A stretch of DNA of 40,552 bases. Source: a bacterium (GTDB taxonomy: Bacteria; Fidelibacterota; Marinisomatia; Marinisomatales; JAHJCW01). The DNA lies in the NCBI GenBank assembly GCA_030606865.1, contig JAUWFQ010000003.1:1-40552 (forward strand), given 5' to 3'. A model generated the notes under the pieces. It saw only the letters and a list, made by a program, of their open reading frames with translations. It did not search any database and had not been told where the DNA came from. Positions within the stretch are counted from its first letter, which is position 1, and every line of letters begins with the position of its first letter. This document shows positions 28,809-38,494 of this stretch, piece by piece. Made by a program: the position numbers and the translations under genes.

Positions 28809-29309
28809 TTAATTTTCTTTTAGGTTATCTCTCATCGCACGCCAAGAGGGCAAAAACTGACCTGTCTGTTCCATATAAACTCTATATTTATCGCCAAATT
28901 TATTAAGCATATCGGTTTCTTCACGTTGAACTAACCACGACCAAATAATCGTTATTGGTATTACAGAAATAATTAATCCCCATGAATAGAATATCATAGC
29001 CAAAATTCCGGTAAAAGAGAAAATCCATACACTATAAATCGGGTGGCGGATAAATTGAAACGGACCTTGTTTAACAATCTCTTTTCCATGACCACCTTTT
29101 GCTAAATAATAATTTCCACCAATTAATAAATATAAGGCGTCAATCATAAAAATTGCCATAAGTGCAGTTCTAAACGTTGGGTGTATTATCATTTTGGGAA
29201 CTTCCAGAATACTCTCAATATAATATACAATAAACCAAATCAGGATTGTAACGACAATTCCAAAAGGACCAATGCCAAACAATTGCCAGAATTGTTTATT
29301 AGATCTCAC
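28809..29309 (-). CDS. isoprenylcysteine carboxyl methyltransferase (ICMT/PEMT) family membrane protein
   Basis: TM helices; GPFQFIRHPIY and EE..M..KFG..Y..Y motifs. Confidence 0.85.
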   Translation of the reverse strand: MRSNKQFWQLFGIGPFGIVVTILIWFIVYYIESILEVPKMIIHPTFRTALMAIFMIDALYLLIGGNYYLAKGGHGKEIVKQGPFQFIRHPIYSVWIFSFTGILAMIFYSWGLIISVIPITIIWSWLVQREETDMLNKFGDKYRVYMEQTGQFLPSWRAMRDNLKEN

Positions 29310-30733
29310 TTAGTTCTTTTTGGAATATAAAGATCAGTTACTGTGCCGGAAAAAATTTCTACGGCATTCGCAAATGTTTCTGAGAGTGTCGGGTGAGGGT
29401 GAATCGTTAAACTCACATCTTCTGCATCAGCGCCCATTTCAATCGCTAAAGCGCCTTCCGAAATTAGATCGCCCGCATGGGCTCCAATAATACTAACACC
29501 TAAAAGCTTGCCGTTATCCGGATTAAAAAGAAGTTTGGTTTTCCCGATTGACTGTCCAATCGCTATTGCTTTGCCGCTTGCACCCCATGGAAATTCCGTT
29601 TTCTTATATTCGATTCCCTTCTGCTGCGCTTCGGTTTCTGTTAATCCTGTCCAGGCAATTTCCGGATTTGTGAATATTACAGCCGGGATGCTTTTTGCAT
29701 CAAACGCCGCTGGTAAACCTGCGATTACTTCAGCGGCAACTTTGCCTTCGTGTGTTGCTTTGTGGGCAAGCATCGGCTCGCCGACCACATCCCCGATGGC
29801 GAAAATATTTGTAACATTGGTTTTCTGCTTTTCGTCCACCCTAATAAATCCGCGTTTTGTAAGTTGAACACCAATTTTTTCTAAACCTAAGTTTTCGGTA
29901 TTTGGTTTCCGCCCAACAGACACTAAAACTTTATCAAATTTTTGTTCAACCGTCTTTCCCTTGTTATCAATTGTTACAGAAAGCGATGAGTCTTTATTGG
30001 GTTTAACCGCAACCACCTTAGATTTGACCATAATCAGATGAAAGTCTTTCTTTAACTTGTGCTGTAAAAGACGGACAATGTCTTTGTCGGTTCCGGGCAA
30101 TAAAGAATCCAACATTTCAACTACCGTAACTTCTGATCCTAAAGAATTATAGACCGTAGCCATCTCAAGTCCGATATAGCCTCCGCCGATTACGAGCAGT
30201 GTTTTAGGAATATCTTCTAGCTGCAGCGCTTCTTTTGAAGTCATAACTGATGGATGGTTGTTTGGTAAGTTGGGTATTGTACTTGAACGAGACCCTGTCG
30301 CGATTATAGCATTATCGAAAGATATTATTTCTGATTTATCTTTACTTTTAATTTTTATTTCATTTTTTGAATTAAATTCTGCCACGCCGGTAAAAACCTG
30401 AACCTTTCTTGCTTTCGCCATTTGAGCGATACCTTTGTTCAGTTTTCCAACTACTTCATTCTTCCAGTCTCGAACTTTTTCTAATTCAATTTTAGGCACA
30501 TTAAACTTTACCCCTTTTCCTTCAAGTGCGTGTGCTTCTTCAATAATATGTGAAATGTGCAACAATGCTTTTGAGGGAATGCAACCTCTGTTAAGACAAA
30601 CCCCTCCAAGCACATCGTCTTTTTCAATAAGTGCAACACGTTTATCTAAATCAGCAGCTCTAAAAGCAGCAGTATAGCCGCCCGGACCAGATCCAATTAC
30701 AACTGCATCAAAGTGTTTGTTTTTATCAGTCAT
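29306..30733 (-). CDS. lpdA: dihydrolipoamide dehydrogenase
   Basis: GSGPGG, GGVCLNRGCIPSK, GGGYIGLE and HPHPTLSE motifs. Confidence 0.95.
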   Translation of the reverse strand: MTDKNKHFDAVVIGSGPGGYTAAFRAADLDKRVALIEKDDVLGGVCLNRGCIPSKALLHISHIIEEAHALEGKGVKFNVPKIELEKVRDWKNEVVGKLNKGIAQMAKARKVQVFTGVAEFNSKNEIKIKSKDKSEIISFDNAIIATGSRSSTIPNLPNNHPSVMTSKEALQLEDIPKTLLVIGGGYIGLEMATVYNSLGSEVTVVEMLDSLLPGTDKDIVRLLQHKLKKDFHLIMVKSKVVAVKPNKDSSLSVTIDNKGKTVEQKFDKVLVSVGRKPNTENLGLEKIGVQLTKRGFIRVDEKQKTNVTNIFAIGDVVGEPMLAHKATHEGKVAAEVIAGLPAAFDAKSIPAVIFTNPEIAWTGLTETEAQQKGIEYKKTEFPWGASGKAIAIGQSIGKTKLLFNPDNGKLLGVSIIGAHAGDLISEGALAIEMGADAEDVSLTIHPHPTLSETFANAVEIFSGTVTDLYIPKRTK

Positions 30734-30833
30734 AGTAAATCCTATATTAGGTTTATATCCGCGAAGTTAGTATAAATTGTACAGAAGAATAAACTATTCA
30801 GACTGTTCCCTCATCGTTATTTAATAGAGCTTA

Positions 30834-31847
30834 TCAAGCTAAATTATGTTCCGGATTGTATTGGTATTCCCGCAGGGTTTTAATATAATTTGCTCTCATA
30901 AAAGCACTAGGATCATTCACATTTTTCATGCTCATGCATCCACGCATTTGATCTAGGCTTTCATATTCGTGTTCTTCCATCCATTGAACAAGTTCTTGTT
31001 TTAGCTTAGTTATATGTTTTGGTCCATATTTTAAAAGAGCAGAAGTCATAAATGTAACATCTGCTCCAGCCATTATTAATTTGAGAACGTCTTGTGCCGT
31101 ATAAACACCACTGGTTGCACCCAATGATAGCTGGAGTTGGTTCCGCAATACGGCAATCCATCTTAACGGTAAACGGATTTCGTCGGAATCGCTCAAAGAA
31201 AGCGCTGGTTCAACTTCAAGCTTTTCAAGATTTATGTCAGGTTGATAAAAGCGATTAAAAAGAACAAGGGCGTTTGCTCCGGCTTCTTCAATTCTTTGAG
31301 CAAAAGAAGGAAGAGCGCTGAAAGCGTAGCCAATTTTCATAGCAACCGGTATAGAAATATTTTCTTTAACTGCTTTTAAAATATCAATATAAATATTTTT
31401 TACATCGGAGCCAGATTGATTCGCCTCTGTTGGTAGGTAATAAACATTCAATTCCAGTGCATCTGCTCCCGCTTTCTCAATAAGCTTTGCTTTCTCAGTC
31501 CATCCACCTAAAGAAACGCCATTTAAGCTGGCAATTACAGGGATATCAAGATTTTCTTTTAAGCGCCGTATTTGTTCTAAGTATTCATCCGGTCCTGATA
31601 TGAAATCATAATGGTCAGGAAAATAAGAAAGTGCTTCCGAAAAACTATCGCTTCCGCGTGAAAGATAATGCTCCAATTCAGCATCTTCATGATATATTTC
31701 TTCTTCAAACAATGAATACATTACCAGTGCTGGAGCCCCTGCATCTTCCAATCGCTTGGCAGTGTCTATGTCACGCGAAAGAGGTGAAGATGATGGAATC
31801 AGCGGGCTCTCTAAATTAAATCCTAAATATTTTGTTTTAAGACTCAT
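30834..31847 (-). CDS. dihydroorotate dehydrogenase-like FMN protein (PFOR-associated subfamily)
   Basis: SLFEEEI, PVIASLNG, ADALELN and LVLFNRFYQPDI motifs. Confidence 0.88.
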   Translation of the reverse strand: MSLKTKYLGFNLESPLIPSSSPLSRDIDTAKRLEDAGAPALVMYSLFEEEIYHEDAELEHYLSRGSDSFSEALSYFPDHYDFISGPDEYLEQIRRLKENLDIPVIASLNGVSLGGWTEKAKLIEKAGADALELNVYYLPTEANQSGSDVKNIYIDILKAVKENISIPVAMKIGYAFSALPSFAQRIEEAGANALVLFNRFYQPDINLEKLEVEPALSLSDSDEIRLPLRWIAVLRNQLQLSLGATSGVYTAQDVLKLIMAGADVTFMTSALLKYGPKHITKLKQELVQWMEEHEYESLDQMRGCMSMKNVNDPSAFMRANYIKTLREYQYNPEHNLA

Positions 31848-31865
31848 AATGTTTTTCCCTTATAT

Positions 31866-34800
31866 CTATTTTTGTGTGCTTGCTTTTGCCATTTCCTGAT
31901 ATTTATTCCATCTTTGTTTCACTATTTCTTCGGCATTGCCCAAGAGTTCCTTTGCCCGTTCAGGCATACTTTTGGTAAGCATTTTATACCGTGTTTCTTT
32001 ATATATATAATCAGCCAGAGGAATAGAAGGAGCTTTAGAATCAATTTGCAATGGATTTTTACCGTCATCTTTTCTGCGTGGATCATGTCTGTATAGAATC
32101 CAATGTCCGCTTTCAACCGCTGCTTTTTGCTGGTCAAGTCCGTACCGCATATTGATGCCGTGTGCTATACAATGACTATATGCAATAATCATTGACGGTC
32201 CGTCATAAGATTCTGCTTCTTGGAATGCCTTAACGGTTTGTAGGTCGGTTGCCCCCATTGCTATTTGCGCAACATACACATTCCCGTATGTCATTGCCAT
32301 CATTCCTAGGTCCTTTTTCCCTGTTGGTTTTCCCGCTGCAGCAAATTTTGCGACCGCTCCAAGCGGTGTCGCTTTTGAGGCTTGTCCTCCTGTATTTGAA
32401 TAAACTTCTGTATCTAAAACCAATATATTGACATTTCTACCTGTTGCAAAAACATGATCAATTCCACCGTAACCGATATCATATGCCCAGCCATCGCCGC
32501 CCATAATCCATACACTTTTTTTCACAAGATTATCTGAAATACTTAATAGTTGTTTTGCCTCCGAGGAAGTAAAACCTGACAATATCTTATTGAGCTTCTC
32601 GATTCTTTCTCTTTGTTCAAATATTCCTTTTTCATTTGATTGGTCTGCATTTAATATTTCGTTTACAAGCTCCGAACCGATTTTCGTCTTGAGAATTGTT
32701 AAGAGTTCTTTTGCGTGTTCAGTGTGTTTATCAATTGTCAGGCGGAAGCCCAATCCAAATTCAGCATTGTCTTCAAATAATGAATTTGACCACGTTGGTC
32801 CACGACCATCGCTATTTTTTGTCCAAGGTGTGGTCGGCAAATTACCGCCATAAATTGATGAACAGCCTGTCGCATTTGCGATTATCATTCTATCGCCAAA
32901 CATTTGCGATGCGAGCTTAACATAGGGCGTTTCACCGCAACCCGTACAAGCACCCGAGAACTCAAACAACGGTTGTAACAATTGTGAACCTTTTACATTA
33001 TTATGATTAAATCTGTCTCTTTTGACCTCCGGTAAGGACAAGAAAAAGCCCCAGTTTTTTCTCTCGCTTTCCCTCAACGGTAATTGTGGTTCCATATTTA
33101 TCGCTTTCCGCTTCGTATCTGTTTTGTCTTTAACAGGACAGGCTTCTATGCACATTGCACAACCTGTACAATCCTCAGGTGCAACCTGTAATGTATATAC
33201 TTCGCCATCCTCCCAGTCGCGTCCTCTAACTTTGGTCGATTTGAACGTACTTGGTGCTTTGGTCAACAAATCGTTATAATATACTTTCGGACGAATAACT
33301 CCATGCGGACATACAAAAGCACATTTGTTACATTGTATACAAATATCCTGGTCCCACACCGGTATTTCTGATGCAATATTTCTTTTTTCCCACTGTGTTG
33401 TTCCGGTTGGCCATGTTCCATCTACAGAGAAGGAGCTAACAGGTAAATCATCACCGTATCCTGAAATGATTTTTGCCGTGACATTTTTTACAAAGTCGGG
33501 AGCCGCTTCAGGAACTACAGATCCTTCCATTATTTTACTCGTTGCTTTTTGTGGTATTTCTAATTTGTTAAGATTGGCTAGAGTTTCATCAACCGCCTTA
33601 TAGTTTTTAGCAACAATTTCCTCACCCTTCTTGCCATAAGTTTTTTTAATATATTGTTTAATACTATTTATGGCTTTTTCTTTCGGTAACACACCCGAAA
33701 TAGCAAAAAAGCATGTTTGCATAATTGTGTTTATGCGTACTCCCATACCTGTTTGCTTTGCAACTTTTAGAGCATTAATAACATATACCTTAAGTTCCTT
33801 TTCAATGATCTGCTCTTGTATCTCTAAAGGTAATTTATCCCAAGTTTGTTCAGTAGAATATGGTGCATTCAATAAAAACGTACCTTTTGGTTCGATATTT
33901 CTAAAAACATCTTGGGTTTCTAAGAATCCAAATTGATGACAAGCAACAAAATTGGCATGGTTAATTAAATAGGGAGACCTAATTGGATCCTCTCCAAACC
34001 TTAAGTGGGATACTGTCATACTGCCGGACTTTTTTGAATCATATACAAAGTATCCCTGAGCATAGAAATCTGTGGTTTCTCCAATAATTTTAATTGAATT
34101 CTTATTTGCGCCAACCGTACCATCTGCACCTAAACCATAAAACATGCCCCTAAACATTTTTTCCTTATGAATGGAAAGGTCTTTGTCATATTTCAAGCTC
34201 TTATTGCTCACATCATCATTTATTCCTATAGTAAAGTGATTTAACGGTTTGTCCCGTTTCAAAGAATCAAAAACGCCCTTTACCATACCGGGTGTAAATT
34301 CTTTTGATGAAAGACCGTATCTGCCGCCAACAACCTTTGGCATTTTATCGTCACCGGCTAATTCTATGATTGCATTCATAACATCAAGATATAGCGGTTC
34401 GCCGGTACTGCCCGGTTCCTTGGTGCGATCGAGCACAGCAATCTTATTTACAGTTTTTGGTAGTTCATCAATAAAATGTTTCATTGAAAATGGTCGGTAT
34501 AGATGAACCTTTAAAATGCCAACCTTCTCGCCCTTACCGGTTAGATAGTCCACTGTTTCATGTACTGTGTCGGCACTGGAGCCCATAATAACTATTACTC
34601 TTTCAGCGTCCTTTGCTCCTTCGTATTCAAATAATTTATATTTACGACCTACAATTTTTGCAAATTCATCCATTGTTTCTTGCACAATTTTTGGTGTTGC
34701 TTCATAAAACGGATTCACTATTTCGCGTGCTTGGAAAAATACATCGGGATTTTGTGCTGTTCCTCGCAGAACTGGATTATTTGGATTTAAACCGCGTTGG

Positions 34801-35411
34801 CGATGTGCTATAATTAGGTCGTCGTTTATCATCGCGCGCATATCATCATCACTTAATTGCTCAATTTTTTGTACTTCATGTGATATTCTAAATCCTTCAA
34901 AGAAATGAATGAATGGTATACGAGATTTTAATGTGGATGCTTGAGCAATAAGCGCCATGTCCATAACTTCTTGGATATTGCCTGCCGCAAGAAGAGCAAA
35001 TCCGGTAGAACGCACAGCCATAACATCAGAATGATCACCAAAAATAGACAATGCATGTGTAGCTATTGTTCTTGCTGATACATGAAAGACTGTTGATGTC
35101 AATTCACCTGCAATTTTGAACATATTCGGAATCATTAACAATAATCCCTGAGAAGCTGTAAAGGTAGATGTTAATGCTCCTGTCTGCAATGCGCCGTGAA
35201 CAGCACCGGCTGCTCCACCCTCACTTTGCATTTCTATAACATCGGGAACCGTTCCCCAAATGTTTTTTCTACCTACAGCAGACCATTCGTCAGCCCATTC
35301 TCCCATATTGGAAGAAGGTGTTATCGGATAAATTGCACAAACTTCATTTGTCTTGTGGGCAACGTATGCCGCAGCTTCGTTTCCATCAATCGTAACTTGT
35401 TTTCTTTTCAT
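31866..35411 (-). CDS. nifJ: pyruvate:ferredoxin (flavodoxin) oxidoreductase
   Basis: YPITPSS, GRYGLSSKEF, two ferredoxin CxxCxxCxxxCP motifs, FSGACTGCGE and GGDGWAYDIG. Confidence 0.97.
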   Translation of the reverse strand: MKRKQVTIDGNEAAAYVAHKTNEVCAIYPITPSSNMGEWADEWSAVGRKNIWGTVPDVIEMQSEGGAAGAVHGALQTGALTSTFTASQGLLLMIPNMFKIAGELTSTVFHVSARTIATHALSIFGDHSDVMAVRSTGFALLAAGNIQEVMDMALIAQASTLKSRIPFIHFFEGFRISHEVQKIEQLSDDDMRAMINDDLIIAHRQRGLNPNNPVLRGTAQNPDVFFQAREIVNPFYEATPKIVQETMDEFAKIVGRKYKLFEYEGAKDAERVIVIMGSSADTVHETVDYLTGKGEKVGILKVHLYRPFSMKHFIDELPKTVNKIAVLDRTKEPGSTGEPLYLDVMNAIIELAGDDKMPKVVGGRYGLSSKEFTPGMVKGVFDSLKRDKPLNHFTIGINDDVSNKSLKYDKDLSIHKEKMFRGMFYGLGADGTVGANKNSIKIIGETTDFYAQGYFVYDSKKSGSMTVSHLRFGEDPIRSPYLINHANFVACHQFGFLETQDVFRNIEPKGTFLLNAPYSTEQTWDKLPLEIQEQIIEKELKVYVINALKVAKQTGMGVRINTIMQTCFFAISGVLPKEKAINSIKQYIKKTYGKKGEEIVAKNYKAVDETLANLNKLEIPQKATSKIMEGSVVPEAAPDFVKNVTAKIISGYGDDLPVSSFSVDGTWPTGTTQWEKRNIASEIPVWDQDICIQCNKCAFVCPHGVIRPKVYYNDLLTKAPSTFKSTKVRGRDWEDGEVYTLQVAPEDCTGCAMCIEACPVKDKTDTKRKAINMEPQLPLRESERKNWGFFLSLPEVKRDRFNHNNVKGSQLLQPLFEFSGACTGCGETPYVKLASQMFGDRMIIANATGCSSIYGGNLPTTPWTKNSDGRGPTWSNSLFEDNAEFGLGFRLTIDKHTEHAKELLTILKTKIGSELVNEILNADQSNEKGIFEQRERIEKLNKILSGFTSSEAKQLLSISDNLVKKSVWIMGGDGWAYDIGYGGIDHVFATGRNVNILVLDTEVYSNTGGQASKATPLGAVAKFAAAGKPTGKKDLGMMAMTYGNVYVAQIAMGATDLQTVKAFQEAESYDGPSMIIAYSHCIAHGINMRYGLDQQKAAVESGHWILYRHDPRRKDDGKNPLQIDSKAPSIPLADYIYKETRYKMLTKSMPERAKELLGNAEEIVKQRWNKYQEMAKASTQK

Positions 35412-35588
35412 TTTTAAATCCTATTAAAATATAATATTAAAAAGTGGACAGCGACCTCTTATTAGAACACGAAATTTACAATTTTAGACAACTGCCTGCA
35501 AAATATATTGGGCGGTGTTTGCAATATTAATTGAATTGTCTGTTTTCTGGTTTTATGCTAATTTTTCAAACATTCAAAGAGGGTTATT

Positions 35589-37193
35589 ATGCCTAGTACA
35601 AAATATGATTCTATCATTGTTGGTTCCGGTGCAGGAGGACTAACCGCCGCCGTTGCCTTGTCTCAAGCTGGGCAAAAAGTTCTGGTCTGCGAACAACATT
35701 TAGCGCCCGGAGGCTGGACACAGTCTTTCACCCTTGAAGGTTATCGTTTTAGCCCCGGTGTGCATTATATCGGAGGGTTAAATCAAGGCGAATATCTAAA
35801 CCAAATATATCGTGGTCTCGGCGTATCGCAAGATCTTGAATTTCTCGAATTAAATCCTGATGGTTTTGATCATATTTTCATCGGCGACGAGCAATTTGAC
35901 ATACCAAAAGGCAAGGAAAAATATATAGAAAGGTTGATTGCGCGATTTCCGGATGAAGCCGAAGGAATACGAAAATTATTCAAAACCATTGATGATATTG
36001 GATCGTTAATGCGCTCTTTACCGCACGGGAAAATGCCACTGTCAAAACTTGGTGTACTACAATGGTTTTGGAAATCGGGCGGAACGTTGATAAACAAATA
36101 TGTAAAAGATCCTGTTCTGCGTGCAATTTTATTGAGTCAGTCTGGTGACCATGGCGTACCTCCTTCAAAAGTGTCATCGTTTGTTCAAATCGGTATTATG
36201 CGACATTATTTCAAAGGTGGTTTTTATCCACAAGGAGGTGCCTGTATGCTTCCCCGGGCGTTTGTTCGTGCACTAAAACGTTCCGGCGGAGAACTTAGAT
36301 TACGTACGCCGGTTAATAAAATTATCCTTGAAAATGGTCAGGCTGTTGGTATAGAAATCGGCAATAACGAAAAACTGTATGCAAAAAACATTATTAGCAA
36401 TACTGACCCTGAAACAACTTTTATTAAATTAATTGGAAAAGAACATTTAAGTAATAAACTTAATAGAAAATTGAGTAAGGTTTGTTATTCTACTTCGAGT
36501 CTAAGTTTGTTTTTGGCTCTTGATCTTGATCTAAAAAGTATGGGCTATGACTCAGGAAATTATTGGTATTATGAACATTCCGATTTAGATAAAATATATT
36601 CACTCGGTCAAACCGACTATGCCGTTCATAACGAACCCGCTGCGATGTTCATGACAATCACAACGCTTAAAGACCCAAGCAAGATGAAAAAAGGTATTCA
36701 CACCATTGAAGCTTTCTGTTTTTCCAATTATGAACCGTTTAAGAAATGGGAGAATGAACCCGCGGGCGAGCGGTCAAAAGAGTATAAATCTTTAAAAAAT
36801 GAAATAATGGATAGAATGCTTGATTTTCTTGAAAAGCGTGTTCCCGGCATTAAAAATTCCATTGTTTTTAAAGATTTAGCAACTCCACTGACCAATGCAC
36901 ACTATATCAACTCTCATAAGGGCAATCTTTACGGAACAGATAAAATTACTAAACAAATGGGCCCCTTCGGTTTCAACACAAAAACAGAGATCAAAAATCT
37001 GTATTTATGTGGCGCAAGCACGCTTTCGCACGGTGTAGCTGGCGTTACCGGAACGGGTTTAAGAACTGCAGCAATTATTCTTAATTGCAAAACCAAAGAT
37101 TTATTAAAACAAAAAGGTCCCGAGTTAAGAATATATCCTTGTGACGATATAAGCAAGTGGTCAGATAAAATTAAGCAAAAAATCAAACGGTAG
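35589..37193 (+). CDS. phytoene desaturase / retinol saturase family FAD oxidoreductase
   Basis: IIVGSGAGGL, EQH..PGG...F..GVHYIG, ATPLT and NLYLCG...HGV motifs. Confidence 0.88.
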   Translation: MPSTKYDSIIVGSGAGGLTAAVALSQAGQKVLVCEQHLAPGGWTQSFTLEGYRFSPGVHYIGGLNQGEYLNQIYRGLGVSQDLEFLELNPDGFDHIFIGDEQFDIPKGKEKYIERLIARFPDEAEGIRKLFKTIDDIGSLMRSLPHGKMPLSKLGVLQWFWKSGGTLINKYVKDPVLRAILLSQSGDHGVPPSKVSSFVQIGIMRHYFKGGFYPQGGACMLPRAFVRALKRSGGELRLRTPVNKIILENGQAVGIEIGNNEKLYAKNIISNTDPETTFIKLIGKEHLSNKLNRKLSKVCYSTSSLSLFLALDLDLKSMGYDSGNYWYYEHSDLDKIYSLGQTDYAVHNEPAAMFMTITTLKDPSKMKKGIHTIEAFCFSNYEPFKKWENEPAGERSKEYKSLKNEIMDRMLDFLEKRVPGIKNSIVFKDLATPLTNAHYINSHKGNLYGTDKITKQMGPFGFNTKTEIKNLYLCGASTLSHGVAGVTGTGLRTAAIILNCKTKDLLKQKGPELRIYPCDDISKWSDKIKQKIKR

Positions 37194-37241
37194 TTAGGAT
37201 ATTGGGGAATTTGGGAACTGGGTTATTTGTGAATTGGTATG
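37194..37241 (+). repeat. G-rich 8-nt tandem array starting right after the stop codon
   Basis: TTAGGATA TTGGGGAA TTTGGGAA CTGGGTTA TTTGTGAA TTGGTATG. Confidence 0.7.
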
Positions 37242-37269
37242 ATGTTTTCAAGATGCAATAATAGATGAT

Positions 37270-37439
37270 TATGTCATTCTTGAGGATCATAGCGACGAAG
37301 AATCCACAATTACATTTTATGGATTCTTTTTACCCATCGTCAATCTGCGCTGAAGCTACGATTGATAAACAACTTTTTTAACTGACGAAACCTTGGTGCA
37401 GTCTGTAGTGAGGACGGGCACTACGCCCAGAATGACATA
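37270..37439. repeat. REP/MITE-like palindromic element with nested insertion
   Basis: 11-bp terminal inverted repeats TATGTCATTCT/AGAATGACATA; inner AAGAATCCA/TGGATTCTT stem. Confidence 0.65.
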
Positions 37440-37458
37440 TCGGAGGGGTGAATTTTAT

Positions 37459-37486
37459 GTAGAGACGTAAAGCATTACATCTCTAC
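37459..37486. repeat. GTAG-type REP-like palindrome
   Basis: GTAGAGACGTAA-AGCA-TTACATCTCTAC, 11/12 stem; related to 28747-28798. Confidence 0.7.
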
Positions 37487-37595
37487 TAGGTTGTAATCCC
37501 ATATCTTAAATACACCGTGCAATCGATTCTGTTTAAGCGACACTCTTAAAATAGAGGCAAGTACAATTGATTAACAAATTATTTACAAGATCTTT

Positions 37596-37705
37596 GGAAC
37601 TTTTTACTGTTTCTGCCATTAACAGTGCAAATATATCGAACCCCTCTTCCTACAGAATTTAAATCCTATCCCTCAGAATTCAATCTGAGGGGTTCGATAT
37701 TTTAA
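37596..37705 (+). ncRNA. candidate small RNA with ECF-type promoter
   Basis: GGAAC-N16-CATT (37596-37620), then a perfect 14-bp stem 37633-37646/37687-37700 around a CU-rich loop, then TTT. Confidence 0.4.
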
Positions 37706-37809
37706 ATACCACCACTTTTATTCAATAGTGATAGAAATATCGCTTTAGTGGATAGCGGGGCACAAGATAGAAAGTTTTTGTTTTAATTCCACGTAACAAA
37801 TTTTATTAT

Positions 37810-37859
37810 TTGACAAAAGGAAGTTAATAATATTAAATTTTGACCGACCGGTCGGTCAA
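37810..37859 (+). promoter_or_regulatory. sigma70 promoter with TetR operator
   Basis: TTGACA (37810-37815), TAAATT (37834-37839) and perfect 20-bp palindrome TTGACCGACCGGTCGGTCAA (37840-37859) just before tetR. Confidence 0.8.
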
Positions 37860-37885
37860 TTTGTGGGTATTTAGATTGAATTGAT

Positions 37886-38494
37886 ATGGAAAAAAAGAGC
37901 ACTATAGAAGATAAAAGAACGCAAATACTGCATTCTGCAATAGAAATATTTGCTAAAAAAGGATTGGAGCGTGGCAAAATTGCCGATATTGCCAAACAAG
38001 CAGGGATAGGCAAAGGAACTATTTATGAATATTTCAAAAGCAAAGATGAAATATTTAGCGCGATTGAAAACATGTTTGTTAATGATACTATCGCGCAAGT
38101 AAATAGACTGGTTAACTCAAATAAATCTCCGACTGAAAAAATCGAAGAAATTGTTAATTATAGTATAAACATGTATGAAGTTATGGGAGATGCAATTTTA
38201 ATTGTTTCAGAAATGTGGGCACAGTACAGTCGCGGACAACGGCACGGCCATAAAAACTCTATATTTGCCGATATGTACAGCAGCTACCACAAAGTCATCA
38301 AAGAAATTCTTATAAGCGGAATAAAGATCGGTGAATTTCGTGAAATGAATAAAGACGGTGTTGCTACGATGTTGTTAGCTCTTATTGACGGTATGATATG
38401 GCAAGACGTTATTTTTAAAAATGATGAAAAATTTGATCAACGGAAAAAAGAGGCAATTAAATCATTTATGAAAGGGATAAAGAATGTTGAATGA
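37886..38494 (+). CDS. TetR/AcrR family transcriptional regulator
   Basis: IADIAKQAGIGKGTIYEYFKSKDEI helix-turn-helix. Confidence 0.95.
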   Translation: MEKKSTIEDKRTQILHSAIEIFAKKGLERGKIADIAKQAGIGKGTIYEYFKSKDEIFSAIENMFVNDTIAQVNRLVNSNKSPTEKIEEIVNYSINMYEVMGDAILIVSEMWAQYSRGQRHGHKNSIFADMYSSYHKVIKEILISGIKIGEFREMNKDGVATMLLALIDGMIWQDVIFKNDEKFDQRKKEAIKSFMKGIKNVE

